NCBI RefSeq assembly: GCF_964204645.1
Contig: NC_134030.1
Coordinates: 2,770,778 to 2,834,777 of the forward strand
Direction: 5' to 3'
Source of the DNA: Tubulanus polymorphus
Taxonomy: Eukaryota > Animalia > Nemertea
DNA length: 64,000 bases
Within the stretch, counting starts at the first letter, position 1; every line of letters begins with the position of its first letter. The notes under the pieces are model-generated. The model was not told the DNA's origin and did no database searches. It saw nothing but the letters and a program-made list of their open reading frames with translations. Shown here piece after piece: positions 26,657 to 41,000 of this stretch. Made by a program: the position numbers and the translations under genes.

Positions 26657-26768
26657 GGACCCAGTTCCACAGTTGTGTGAGTTAGAGTTAACTCTGAGTT
26701 AAAGTTAGTTCATTTTCAATGAGTTAACTCAGAGTCAAATCTTAACTCAGAACTGCAGAACTGGACCC
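26657..26768. mobile_element. MITE family C copy
   Basis: ggacccagttccacagtt...aactgcagaactggaccc with cag/ctg flanks. Confidence 0.75.
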
Positions 26769-29382
26769 TGAAGTTTGTTGAAACGAGGTTCCACTCAGCA
26801 ATACACATAATTTTTGTATTGTAAAAAAATTCATAAGGAGAATTGACACAGAAAATAAATGCGGCATAAAAGATCTATAGATAACAAAAAATATTCCCTT
26901 TACAATGAATGAAAACATTACAATATGACGAGTGAACGTATAATATTTTCAATCAAATGTTTTTACATTCTCAAGACCAACTTTATCGACCGTTTTTTGA
27001 AAGTTAACCCAAATACGGTATCAAAACATGGTAACTACAAAATTGATCGTATATTGTTCAATTATTCAGAATGAATAGTTATAAATCTGAAAATTGGTCG
27101 CGGTAAAATTAGTTTCAAGGATTAATACAAGATTCCCTGATATTTCCACCTGACCATCGACCAAAAATTCCCAGATTGAATTATATCAAATTCTCAGTAG
27201 GGACTGTTTCTTCGAAAGAGGTTCCTCGTGCCACTCTTCATCAGCAAGGACAACAAGACATCGAAAATTCAAATTTCCAAACTTTTCTCTGCTTATTTAA
27301 GAAAGGAGTCAGAATTCCCTGATTTTCCCTGCAGGGAAAATTTAATCCAAAATTCCCTGATCAGTAAGAAGAACCCTAATCGATAAACCTGGGTCTTGAT
27401 TTAATTTCATGCCCTTGTTTTACTTACCCCGTATATAAATAATCAAAATATCCTTAGGTTAGATTTGAGAATTTGTCTCGATGAAAGCTGTAGCACGGCG
27501 CGGTGCGTGCAGCGTGTCGTCGTCGAGCTCCTACAACGGGACAAACTAATAACTGTAAAGAGCACAGCAGAGACACACTGTTCATAACCACCAATGAGGA
27601 GATAGACTGTGCTGCAGTCGACACACACACACACACCAACAGTCATACCATATTGTTTTATATATCAATATTTATGATTTTAATTCCAGCCGAAGCAGTC
27701 ATATCTATGACCGATAACAATTCCATACCAAACCATAAATAATAAGCGAATGGTTACCCGGTATAACCGTACTGTTAACCTCGCTTAACTCTTCGATATC
27801 TGAATTCATATTTCAGAAGTCAAACAGGCATCAATCTTCAGCCCTAAACCTTCCCTTCAGATAGGCCTATTCATCGTTGTAGAGTGAAGGTGAGATGATC
27901 GGTTTTTTTTTTAGTTCATTGATAGAATATACATAAAGTCTGGTCTTCGTAGTTTATTTATTTTTCAATTGAAAATAGAAGATAATATGGAATATCTGAG
28001 GGGGGGGGTAGCACCCACGAGCCAGATTGATACCTGTAGGTAGAAAATACGATTCCTAAATAGAGAAATATTAGTCGAACTAGTTAAACGACGTCTTTTA
28101 TGAAAAGATAATAGGATATGTCAAGCTATTACCAACAATATCAGAGAATGTCAAAAAAGCAAATAATTTCACACAAAAAAATCAGAAAATAATTGCTGAA
28201 AAAGAACATTCAATCTAAACAGGTATCTCATAGTTTGTCAGTGTATTTCTGTTGAAAAGGAATGCATTTTTAAAAACATCTTGCGAGGAGGGGAATGCAC
28301 TGGTGCAATAGTGTGTTAACTGCTTGAGAGCAGACGACAGCATTAAATACATGAGAACATGAAGATTCAATTAGTTCATTCACTAATGGAACGAATCCCA
28401 TTATCTGAGAATGCCACTCATATAAAACATAATTCACATGACCTGTAATCATTATTCATTACATACACAATTTCCTTCCGTAATCTCCTCAATATTTGGG
28501 TTTACCCAGAAAACCTAACTCTTTAGCTCTTGAGCAAGGGGGACTGTTCGGATTCCCATCAGAGTATTTGGAGGAAAAAGGGTAGAAATACATACACAGG
28601 GCATCATCATTCAATCCTTTTTGCAGGTTTATCTAAGGCAGGTTTTGATTGGTCTTTACCAATTCTAGAATTCTCTCTCAGAATACTGTCTACCTATTCT
28701 GCAATAGCATAATCTATAATAAACCTAGATAGGTCAGAAGAGTAATGTAATCTGGAATTGCTATTCCTAAACCGGAATGTTTAATGGAAACCTGCCTCCT
28801 TATCTGTAGGCTCCTCCTTAAAAGATATTCTGGTGCATGTATCATTCAATATTGAATAACCTGCTGTATAAAGTATTGACATTGCGTGTGTTGAACAAAC
28901 CCTAGTTCAATTCTCCCTCCATTACAACTTCAGATTTTAGTTCAATGTTTGGCGCAGCACTGTACATTCACAGACCAGCTCTATAAACGCACATGACAAA
29001 TTATCAAGTCTATTCTTACACTTAACTCCCATTTATTCAACACTAAATAAAATACATCAAATATCACATACACATCAGGGTTTGTAACAGTCCCACTGAA
29101 GCTAATGATAATACTTTCAGGATTTTCATTAATCCAAAGTCAGTATTTTTTCCTGAAAGACAAGTTCATAATTTTCGAAATGGATGATGAAGTTTTAACT
29201 GGAAAGACACAATAGACAGAAATTTCAGAATGTCATGCGATAACTTTGAGCCCAAAAAGTAAATATTCATCAGCACTTTCAGCATTTAACCTGAAAATTG
29301 TGTAAAATTTTACCAAAAGGTACGCACTTTTCAGAATTTGCTGGACTCAATTCAAACCCTGTTGTATTTTAAACGCTCTTAC

Positions 29383-30268
29383 CTACTGAAGATACTTCTT
29401 AACTAATTTCAAAAGTTCAGGAAATCGAGAGTTCATAAAATGCCCTCTGTTGTCGAATTTATGCAAATCCGCTTTCAAATTAATCGACGCCTCTTCCTGC
29501 TCGGACCACGGCAAAAAATGATCGTCAGTCGATCCGAACTGAGCGATGTCACGGCAGTTTTCCCGCATCTGGTCCCACAGCCACGGTCGCGTGAAGTATC
29601 CACTCTCGCGTTCCGTCGGGTCGCCTAGATCGGTTAGATACGCAGACACAAGAATTACGCCATACACTTTATATTTCTCGATGTATCTCATCGCGGCGAC
29701 CGCTCCGGAGCTATGACCGATAATTATAGTATCCTTGTCGCATTTCAATGTATCGCGCATGTACGGTATCCAGATACTCTCACGAGCGGTTACTGGATCC
29801 GGCATGTTGTGAAGTAGACATTCCACTTCAATCGCTGATAATTTCTGCTTAAGCCATCCATACCTAAAAACACAAACAGTTTATCAACTTTTTATGCAAA
29901 TTGATACATAGGCTGCAAGGTCGCCACTTTCAACCCATTTACAAATTCCCCGAGTTTTTCACTTGATAACCCAAAATTAATTAGGGACAAAATCATTAGG
30001 GACACCAAGGTACACCTTCAGTTGTTCCTGAAGTGGAAATAAGAGTAAAACAACTGACTCATATGGCAGGATCCCCTATTTGCGGGGTACTCCCCAATGA
30101 TAACATCCTAAAGAGGCTAATAGAGCCTCTGGTAGTAAACTTCTTGCATTAGACATAATAAATTCAACATAACAGTTGATGATATCCGAAATTAAAAACT
30201 CACCAGTTACAATCTTCAACATCACCACATCCATTACCGGGTACTATTACAACCTTTCTTTTTGACAT
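29383..30268 (-). CDS. RBBP9: Serine hydrolase RBBP9 (alpha/beta hydrolase), 2 coding exons, ~181 aa
   Basis: Exon 1 30268-30204 (MSKRKVVIVPGNGCGDVEDCNW) and exon 2 29863-29383 join in frame across a GT-AG intron. NMPDPVTARESIW, GHSSG nucleophile elbow, STDD and RGHF motifs. Confidence 0.93.
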
Positions 30269-31219
30269 CTCGACGATGATTTAATATACGTCACTGGCTT
30301 GAGAATGTGACTGGCCAGAGAGTAAACAAGCATGAACTAAAAGCAAAAAGAATTGATAAGTCTAGCGATTTCACAAGACAGACATTCTATTGGTCTTTGA
30401 GATTGTTGTTACCGGTACACCGGCGGTAGCTTCTAGCTACTACAAGGTACCAGAAACTTGGCCTATACTTATTTCACTGATTATTGTCATGCTAATAATA
30501 TAACAATATCAAAGTCACTGATATCTATTTTACCTTGCTAATAACAGTTATCGCCTGATAGCAAATGTATTCTATTACAAATTCGGACTTTTCGTTCGGG
30601 AATATCAAAATTTTTTGGGTAGGCTTGTCAAGGAAGGACGTGGAGCCCGTGAACCTGTCACGCCAAAGGGTGGCTCCGAGAATTTATTCAGTAGCGGAAC
30701 GAGAACCAAATTATTCCTCGCATGCCAGAGTTTTGTACGATTCAATTAAATTCAAAATTTATTGAGTCCGCTCAATTACAGAGATTACATGGGACAGACA
30801 GCAATAAAAGAACACAAAAGAAACTGACAACAAACCATTTACCGAATAAACCTCACCTTGCTTGGGCGGGCTGAACCTCGAGAGAAAATTAGTGAAAGAA
30901 TGTCCGCTCGACTAGATTTTGATCCTTACTTAGTTAAATAGAAAAATTTTTCGGATTTCTTATGTTGAGTTATAAAAAAAGGGGGAAATCGATCAAAACA
31001 AAGATAAATGTATCGAGGTATTTAATTAATTTAATGGATAACTCGACGTATCAAATTTAAATTTTCCTAGTTAAAATGGTGCCCACTTAATAAAATGAAG
31101 TGTGGAAATTCAACGTTCAGTTAAACAAGCAAACAAACAAAACAAACAAGGTCATGGAATAACAATGAAATATATTTTTTAATTTTTGTAAATAATGCCA
31201 CATGTTCTACACAGCTAAT

Positions 31220-32030
31220 CAAAATATCACGTGACTAATTAAGATGCGCGCGCAATGTAAACGTTTATGTTTCTCGCGCTGGGGATTATGGGGCGGTGTT
31301 GCGCGCTATGCATTGTGGGGCAAGGCTATTTGGCGACGATCAGCGGCCGCCATGATGGATGCGAAATTCCGTAGAAAAAATCTCGCATTTGCCGACGTAT
31401 TACTCGAAATGTAGCGGGGATTTTACGATGTTGGCGACGATTTATCGAAATCGGAATCAAACTACGTATTACTGACTGGTTTACGGCTAGAAGTAGCCGC
31501 TATAAAGCGCTTAGATTGGCGCGTGTTTATTAGTTACGTGGCGTATTGAGAGGCGTTGTCTCCTCATTAGCATATTTGGAGGTCACACGAGCTCGCCGAG
31601 AAGATGAGCAAGCTATCTTTCAGGGCGCGAGCCCTCGATAGCAATAAACCGATGCCGATTTACAAGTCGGCAGAGATCCCGGACCTGCCCGATTTTGCAG
31701 CCATAAATCGTGCAGTACCTCAAATGCCTACCGGGATGGAGAAAGAGGAAGAAACGGTGGGTTTTCTTTGTGTTGAATTGGCAGGTGCGCGTCGCCGCCA
31801 TCTTTGATCGCCGCGACGCCATTTTCTGAGCGATCGATTGCGGGCCTAATGCACCGATTTCAGTCCGTTGTTTCGGCTTCCCGGGGTATTTTTCGAATAG
31901 ATTTTTAATTATATTCGCGTGGAGCCGAAAATGAACCCCCTTTAATTGTGCGTGGCGGTAAAAACCATCGCGTCACGTGACTAGTGTCCCGGTGACGTCA
32001 TCGTAAAGTCCACACCGATGACGTCATTCC
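31220..32030. promoter_or_regulatory. CG-rich promoter/first-exon region of EPC, shared head-to-head with RBBP9
   Basis: ZNF143/Staf-like tgcattgtggg (31309-19); YY1-like gccgccatga (~31346), gccgccatctt (~31794), cgccatttt (~31817); E-boxes tcacgtgac (~31228, ~31973); CRE tgacgtca (~31993, ~32018). Confidence 0.55.
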
Positions 32031-35000
32031 AGCAACCTTTGACCTAAAAAATACCAGCGCGAAAACAAAAACATTAGCACGTGGCTCAGTACAACAACAG
32101 TTCACTGTACCTCAGCTAAACATCCAGCGATAGACAGGGTCCTAATATTCAATAAAAGATATCTGAAAGACTGGGGCCAGTTGCTCAAAAGTTGGTTAAA
32201 GATAACCAGCCGTTAAATATCATAGTAACAATGAAATTTCAATTGTCACCATATCAACTATCCACTGGTTAACTCTAACCAACTTTTCAGCAACCGGCCC
32301 CTGACCTTTACCCATCAACAGTAGTTGATTGTCAACTCGGTGTTGTCAGTCATGATTTTGGCGTTCTCCGATTCGTTTCTTTTCGGAGAAGCTGTAAAAC
32401 ACAATGATCGTCCTAACTGAACTATGACAGCTATGTCACAGTTTGACTGTGACACTGTTTTACTGTGTAATCAATTCAAGTTTAACCTCAATTAGTAATT
32501 AATATGCCATTATTGAATACACCACCAATCTTCCTGCTAGATAGTTCGCGTGCATGGCAAAATTACGTTGGTTAACGATTAAATTTTAACTAGGATTTAG
32601 GCCAAAAAAAATTGATACCTTGTTTCTCCGCTCTGCTGAGCCTAAATGTTGACCCGGCCGCCTGCCTATCTACCCTATACATTACTTTTTTTTAAATCGT
32701 GATCAATTTCACCATAACAGACCCGGCCGCTATAGAAATGAACTGTTTATAAATTTTATCATATTTTACAAAAATGACCCGGCCGCTGCGGAGAAACAAG
32801 GTATCATTTTTGTTTAGCCTTATAGCTTCCCGCATCAGAAATTAGGCAAATCGCACGCCTCAATAAACTCTGATTGATGTTTCAAGGTTCATCATCGTAA
32901 CGTATTCATCATTCATAGAATCTGAAAAATTATGGAAAGATTATTATTGAAAAATGCAATCCTCGGTCGACACAGATGAAAGTAGTCTGAATAAAGCACA
33001 AGTATTATTCATCATGCTTAAAATTTGAGAAAATTATGGAATCTGTGAAAAAATTGTTGACCAAACGCGCACTGGCGCCACCTGGTAGATCGCAATCATC
33101 GACTGCCGCTACTGGAACATATTCGAAAAACCCTCATTAATGATTATTTAAATCTTTTTTCAGGAACATCATCTTCAGCGAGCGTTATCAGCGCAGCAGG
33201 TATATGGAACTGCTGAGGCATTGGTTATACCGATACCCGAAATAGCTGAAACGTCGCGAGTCTCCTCTGATCTGTATGCCGATGATTTCAAACAGCCTAA
33301 ACAATTCATACATGTCCAGGGTAATTATCCATTTCCGGAAATCTCAATAAAAGAATTGTTGAACGATCAATCTTTGGTCTTTTTGGAGACTTAAAAATGA
33401 TATTGCGCTTCTGGGTCCTTAGATCCAGGATCAGATATTATTAAAATCATCGAAAGTGGATAAGGTCAGATCTCTCTAAAGGGCCAGTTCTATAGTCATG
33501 ACCAGACTAAGACCAACTTAATCGTATAGTCAATCTAACAACTTAAGACCAGTTCTAAGATTTAAAACCTCTTTGGGGCTTTAGTCCTGGGCCAGTTGCA
33601 TAGTCATGGCTTAGATTTAAGACTGGTCTAAGACCAACTAAGTTCTAGACTCGATCTAACAACTTAAGATCAGTCTTAAGATTTAAGACTTAAGTCACAA
33701 CTGTGCAACTGGGCCCTGACTATCGCTCTGGAATGTATAGGTAGTAAATCAGGTAAACGGTCAAATTCCAATGGCACCGGACCTTCTTAAATTGAGACTT
33801 GTCACGTCACCTGGTGGAGTGTTCCAGAAGATTCTAAAAAAAATGTTAATTCGATTATTCTAAACGTATTTCAGCGTTCGGAATGGAACAGGAAATTCCC
33901 GATTACGACATGGACAGCGAGGACGAAGTTTGGGTCGGCAAACAATCGAAAAAGATGGAAATCAAAGCGCTGCAGTTCGAAGAGATGATGGACCGTTTAG
34001 AGAAGGGTAGCGGTCAGCAGGTCGTTACGCTACAGGAGGCGAAACTCTTACTCAAACAAGACGATGATTTGATAATCGCCGTCTACGATTACTGGTTAAA
34101 CAAACGTCTGCGTACGCAACAACCTCTGATTCCATCGGTTAAAACTGAAAAACGCGACGGTTCGACGACGAATAATCCGTACGTCGCTTTCCGACGACGA
34201 ACGGAGAAAATGCAGACTAGAAAGGTAGGTTTTAAACCGATCGTCGTCTCGATAACAAACAGGGTCCTGACAATTCCTCGATCCCTTGAAAACTCCTTCA
34301 AAACTAAAAATGCTTTTGAAAGTGCTTGTAACTCCTCTTACGCTGTTACGGAATTAGAAACAGAATTTAGCTTTTGTCAATGATAGATATTTGCTCATAC
34401 GGTTTACTCAGATAAATAGTACGGGATCAATCATTTATTACGTAAGCATAAAATTTGAATTTTTCAATCCCCCTCTGTACGCAAAATTGGCCATTTTTTC
34501 ATATACATTAAGCATTACAGTACACAATTACACTGACCCCTCCCCTAATGCGTACGTAATAAATGAATGACCCCTTTAGATATTTGCTCATACGGTTTAC
34601 TCAGATAAATAGTACTGATTCAGGAGGAGTGGACAGCAATTGGGATATAAAAGTGATGAAGACACTTTCTTGAATAATGAAATTTTCTTACTTTGAAATT
34701 CACTGAAAATTCCTAATCCGGGAACTACAGATATATGGGGACCCTGTTTAAATCAATCCTGAGGTGAATTATCAGGTGTGACAGATTAACGGATGTATTC
34801 TCAGTTTGAAGTGAAGATATTGAATAATCCCCCTACGATGATATCTGACAGTTCGAAGATTTATCTAGATCCCATATTCCGGGCCTCATGAATTGTTACT
34901 TGTAGTTTCTCTGAAGTTAACTCTCTAAAACTGTCAAACTATGATGAATTAAAAGATTTGATTAGCAAAGAACGACTCTTAAACGAATGAGGATTCATTA

Positions 35001-38000
35001 ATGACTGAAGATAACTCTCTAAAACTGTCAAACTGTGATGAATTAAAAGATATGTTAAGCGATGAATGAAAACAAGGATTCATTAATGACGAGTTGGTTG
35101 AACTGTTCTCAGTTTGTTGCTTGAATATTTATTTCAGAATCGTAAAAACGATGAAGTGTCGTACGAGAAAATGCTCAAATTACGTCGAGATCTGAGTCGC
35201 GCTGTGTACGTATCTAAAACCTCTCACTCATCCCGACCATCGCGCGTCCTCGTTTTAGCTTAAACCGTTGTTAGCTCGAAATTGATACAAAATGAAAGAA
35301 AAGCCTAATTTTATGTCGGGACAAGACTTTCGTTCCCTTCTCTGGTTTGAGGTTAAGAAACTGTCGGGTCGGTATAAACTCCGAGGGTTGATGTTGAATT
35401 TGATCCATAGATTTTCCGCTGGGTCACTGAGTGCTGTATCTTATGTGTACGATTCTTATAATGCGCCGTTTTTAAACAGATTTCGTTTTAATTTACAGCA
35501 CGTTACTGGAAATGATCAAACGCAGAGAAAAATCAAAGAAAGAATTGTTACAATTAACAATAGAGGTGTTTGATACCAGGTACGCAAATAAATGCAGCCC
35601 CTAAAATACAGACTCTAGGCAAAATTGTTCAAAAGTTGATTCGAGTTAACCAGTGAATAGTAGTTGACTAAGTAACATTGAAAACCTCTGTCGTAAGGCT
35701 AAACAAAAATGATACCTTGTTTCTCCGCAGCGGCCGGGTCATTTTAGTAAAATATGATAAAATTTATAAACAGTTCATTTCTATAGCGGCCGGGTCTGTT
35801 GTGGTAAAATTGATCACGATTTTAAAAAAAGTAATGTATGGGGTAGATAGGCGGCCGGCCGGGTCAACATTTAAGCTGAGCAGAGCGGAGAAACAAGGTA
35901 TCAATTTTTTTTAGCCTAAGCACAGCATATTATTTATTTGGTGGTTAACTTTGAAGCAACCTAATCTTGGAAGCTCTTAACAGGGTTCCTGCAAATCAGG
36001 AAATACCAGGAAATCTGAGGATTCTTGGTCTTAAACCTTCTGTAATTTCATGCATGAATGTTATGAAATGCGCCCATGTATTATGTTAATCATATTCACA
36101 GGTATCAACAGAAAGATTGGGATGGAAAATTGTTACAAGAAGCGTTGGCAAAACGTGATAAAATGCCTTCATTTCTACAAGCGATTCAAACTCAATACGC
36201 GCTCAGTCGAGAATGGACCAGCAGGGTACGTTATCAATTCATCAGTCGTATAATTGCATCTTCCATTGGCAGGGATTCGAACCTGTTGATGGTATGAACA
36301 TCGCCTGATGAGCCCTGATAACATGCATAAGTGCAGTGCCTAGTTCGGCTCCTTCAAAAAGGGGTGTGGCTAATCAATCATGGGTTAGTGACTGGCGGAG
36401 TCTCTAGATGCCATCAGCAGTGTTCACGACATGGTTTAGAGGGGCGGCCACTCCTTTTCGTTTTTACATCCATCCCTCTCAAAATTAGCCACCCCTAATA
36501 AAATTAATATCTGCTGCCACTACCAGATATAGATCACACCAAAATTAAGCTAAAGTTTCTGCATTTTTGGACGTGGCTTAAAAACCTTGCTACTTAAACA
36601 GAAACGATGTCATATACACTTTACAATGGATGCAGCCTCTTTAAGATTATTTATACGGAGCAAACTAATCGGATTTGAATCCCTGTTGATGGAGGAAAGT
36701 AGAATTAGCGGGTCCACAGAATTCCGGTCGCGATATAGAATTACAAATGAAATTTTTTTCGTGTATTGATTTTTGCAGGAAGATACGACCAGTTATACGC
36801 ATAGGAAAAAACGTGAATACAAAAAACGTAAACATAAACACACGACGCAATCGGTTTCATCGACAACTCAATTACCTCAGTATCAGGAGGTCGATGTGCT
36901 TCATACTGACGTCTATAGTTCAGATGATGAACCGTTATCACCTGTAAGTTACTATTCGTTATACCTCGTGAAAGCTGCAACCCTCAGCGGTCACTCCTGG
37001 AACTCTCGGGGAATCAGAAAAATCGATAAAAAAATCAGGCATTTGAATAAGATACCATTCGTTATCTCCAGGGAAAGCTGCAGCCCTCAGCGGTCACTCC
37101 TGGAACTCGCGGGGAATCAGAAAAATCGATAAAAAAAATCAGGCATTTGAATAAGATACCATTCGTTATCTCCAGGGAAAGCTGCAACCCTCAGCGAGTG
37201 CTCAAGAGAGGCCACTCTCCTGGATCACTTGCGGGAATCCGAAAAATCTAGAAAAAAATCTGGCATTTGAATAAGATACCATTCGTTATCTCCAGTGAAA
37301 GCTGCAGCCCTCAGCTCAGACTGGTCACTCTCCTGGAACACTTAAGGGAATCTAGAGAAAAATTAGGGATTTGAATGAGTTACCATTCGTTACACTTCGC
37401 GATAGCCACAGGGTCCCTAAGACTTCTTGATTGCTAATCTTAAAAAACTCTTTCAAAACAGAAAATGTTTTTAAAGCTGCTTGAAACTCCTTTGATTTGA
37501 GCAAAATGCCCAAAACTCTTTCAATTTTGAGAAATAGGCAGTTAGAAATGTTTGTCTAGTTTGCGCAGTAAACTGTGTCTAAATCGGTACAGTTCAGGCG
37601 CTTACCAAATGAGAGACCAAGTTAAGGAAGTGATAGAATGAAAATTTGGTTTCAAAACTACCGAATTGCCGGTTTACCGAGATAAACAATGCTGATTTAG
37701 GAGGAGTCTGCAGTAATTATGATATTCAAATGATACAGACGCTTCCTAGAAAAATTTTCTCCTTTAAAACTCTTAATATGCAGGACTGTCTGATCTGTAG
37801 GGCCCTTAGCCACAACCCATGAAGGCGAGGTGAATTCTTATTTGATGTATATGTTTTGTAGGCGATGTCTCCATCAGACCACGAGGATGAGAATGATCCC
37901 GATGGTATCTATGCATTTAAACGTAAAAAGGGATGTAGTTATCTTGCTGTAAGTAGTCAAATTTATTCTAACTCTATCGATCTGTAGCCTGCACCTGCGC

Positions 38001-41000
38001 AAGTTTCGATTGGTCTCGACTGATTCTGGAATTCTCTTTAATACACTCAGAATCAGTGATTCGACCTATAACTGATAGCATGTAAACTCAATAAAGCGAC
38101 CGGTAGATAGTTCATAATCCGGAATACACTCTACCTATTCTGGAATATTGTAATCTGTGAACCGATAGAAGCGGCTCCTAGAATATATTCAATTGGAACC
38201 TGTCTAATTAATAAAATTAGTTAAATCTCGAAACTTTCAGATTAAGATAAACTTTGGTAGAAGTGACTCGTAGAGAAATTGTAATCGCGAATGAATTAAA
38301 TGAAAACTTGCTATAATATTGTGATATGAGATCCAGTAATGATTTGTGTTTATATTTTTCAGCCTGTAACGGGTCGACAGGGTAATTGGCCGTGGTATAG
38401 TCGAGACAGCGGAGGACTAGGAGATAAACGTTATAGATTTACACTAGCGTCTCTACCGGGGTCACGTTGTATAGGTTACGCTCGACGGAGGGTCGGACGA
38501 GGTGGGAGGTAAGCGAGGCATCGTGAATTTCATTTCTTTCATTCGTCGTTTCACTCGAGAGCAAAATGCTTGATCCCTGACCCAAGACTTACGCCAGGTT
38601 TTGGTCGAGCAAAATTGCTTGATCCCTGACCCAAGACTTACGCCAGGTTTTGGTCGAGCAAAATTGCTTGATCCCTGACCCAAGACTTACGCCAGGTTTT
38701 GGTCGAGCAAAATTGCTTGATCCCTGACCCAAGACTTACGCCAGGTTTTGGTCGAGCAAAATTGCTTGATCCCTGACCCAAGACTTACGCCAGGTTTTGG
38801 TCGAGCTATTCAATAGAGTTTTCTTAGCTTCTTTCTTAATCACTGTGACTGATCATCATTAGAGTGACTAATTTTCTGGCACAAGTGTCTCGCACCATAG
38901 TTTATCATAGCCACCTGGCATGCTTTGGTTCCCACAGTACCGCGGAATCAGGAATAACAAGAATTTCATACTAATCCGTGATGGTTTGGCAATATTTAGG
39001 AAATTAGTTTTACACGCCATATGTGGACAACTTATTATGGCATTTTTTCTTGAAAATCTCTTGATCAACCAGTTGCCACTAAAATGTAGACATCGGTGGA
39101 GTATGTCGGTGAAGGACCAATTTCCATTTGGCAAAATTGAAAAATCACCCATGAAATGATTGGGAATTTTTATGTGTGAAATACTTAGGAATTTAGAATT
39201 CATGTATATGGTGGAAACCTTCGACATATAGTTTCGTTTGCCGGATTAAACGCGAGTGTGACTTAGGGAAAACACCCAAGAAATAGTTAGGAATTTTGAT
39301 ACGTGAAATAGTAGTTCAGAATTTAGAATTCATGTATATGGTGGAAACCGTGGACGCTTAGTTTGGGTTTCGTTTGCCAGATTTAATGCGAGTGTGACTT
39401 CGGGAAAACACCCATGAAATAGTTAGGAATTTTGTTATGTGAAATAGTAGTTCAGAATTTAGAATTCATGTAACTGGTGGAAACCTTCGACATGTAGTTT
39501 CATTTGCCGGATTAAACGCGAGTGTGTCTTTGGGAAGATTGAAAAATCACCCATGAAATAAAAAGAATTTTGATGTGTGAAATTCTTGGAAATTTTGAAG
39601 TTATGTTAGTAACGGATGGGAACCGCGGACACGTAGTTCAATAAGCCGGATTATAAACGAGAGTGTGATTGATTGTGTTTGTATTTGTAGGATAATCATT
39701 GATCGACAGTCAACACCGTGGGATGATGAATTACACGATCTCGATTTATATAATAATTGTAAATATTCTACGGGTGAATCAACTGAATTATCAAACTACC
39801 TCAAAGACAACAAATGGTACGTATTAAACCCCTAACTAACCCCCAACGAGCTCTCGATCCTTAGATTGAATACCAGGTGGCCGCCGACCTGGAAAACCTG
39901 GAAAATTCAGGGAATCAGAAAGAAACAGGGACAACACAGGAAATTTGACCGATTTTACATTAAGAACTTGGAAATTTTGGATAATGCTAAATTGTCGACC
40001 ACATGTTTCTTTATCAATGTTCAGTGATTCAATGAAAAATGAATGAATTTTAAACCCGGGAATCTGTCTTATTCATTCAGAAGATTTGGTGTAATCAATT
40101 AGGGAAACTCATCGAATTTGTGAATGGCCAGATAGTGGCCACCGTGGATTAGCTATTTATTAAAAATGATGTGTTTGATTCAGGTTACACTATAGACCAC
40201 GGACACCGCCGGACGACCTAGACGACGATCTGACCGTACGACCGCTATCGCCACCTATAACACCGGATTACAGCGTGTTCGAGCAGTATCGTACGCATCA
40301 GGAACAGCTATACGAGATGAAACGCGAGCAGGAGGATCAAATATTACGTTACGAAACGTCGGACATCGATTCGTCGATCGATTTAGAACATTCGTTCTCG
40401 TCTCAACCGACGTCGAGATTCACGTTAGATTCCGCGTCTGCTCAGTTCGCTGCGTCTGCCGTTATTAATCAGCAGTTACTGCTGCAGACGACATCCGTTA
40501 CTACGACTACGACTACAACAGCTGCGTCTTCGTCATCTCTTTTATCGTCTTCGTTCTCTTCGTCGTCGACTCCTTCATTGTCTCTCGGTGCTAATACTAT
40601 CATAAGCGGAGCTCTGCTTTCGAATGGAACGGATTTAGATTGTGAGTACTGAATGTTTGACAGGGTTTTTTGCTGAAATCCGGGGTTTTTTTCCCTGCAG
40701 GGAAAATCAGGGAATTCTTTTCTTGAAATGTCAGGGAATTAAAATTTTTGGTGTCTTGTTTGTCTTGCTGGTGACGAGTAGTGGCACAACGAGGAACCTC
40801 TTGATTAGAAACGGCCCTCACTGAGGATATCTTAGAATCAAGTTGGGGAAATTGGGGTGAATGGTCAGGGGAATATCTGTGAATTTTGGGTGTCCTGGTT
40901 TGAAAAAAACGGTCAAATTCGCTTAGATTGTTACTCAACTAGTTCTGAGTCTCAATTTGTATTTCAAATTTAGGTTGTTATTTGGATGAAATATAGGGAT

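Noticed and set aside
36304-36330. ctgatgagccc as a hammerhead start (also ctgatga at 26101, 42534 and 54257)
   Set aside because: No closing stem II or GAAA
38559-38806. CRISPR-like array
   Set aside because: Head-to-tail identical units with no unique spacers, in a eukaryotic intron, with no cas genes
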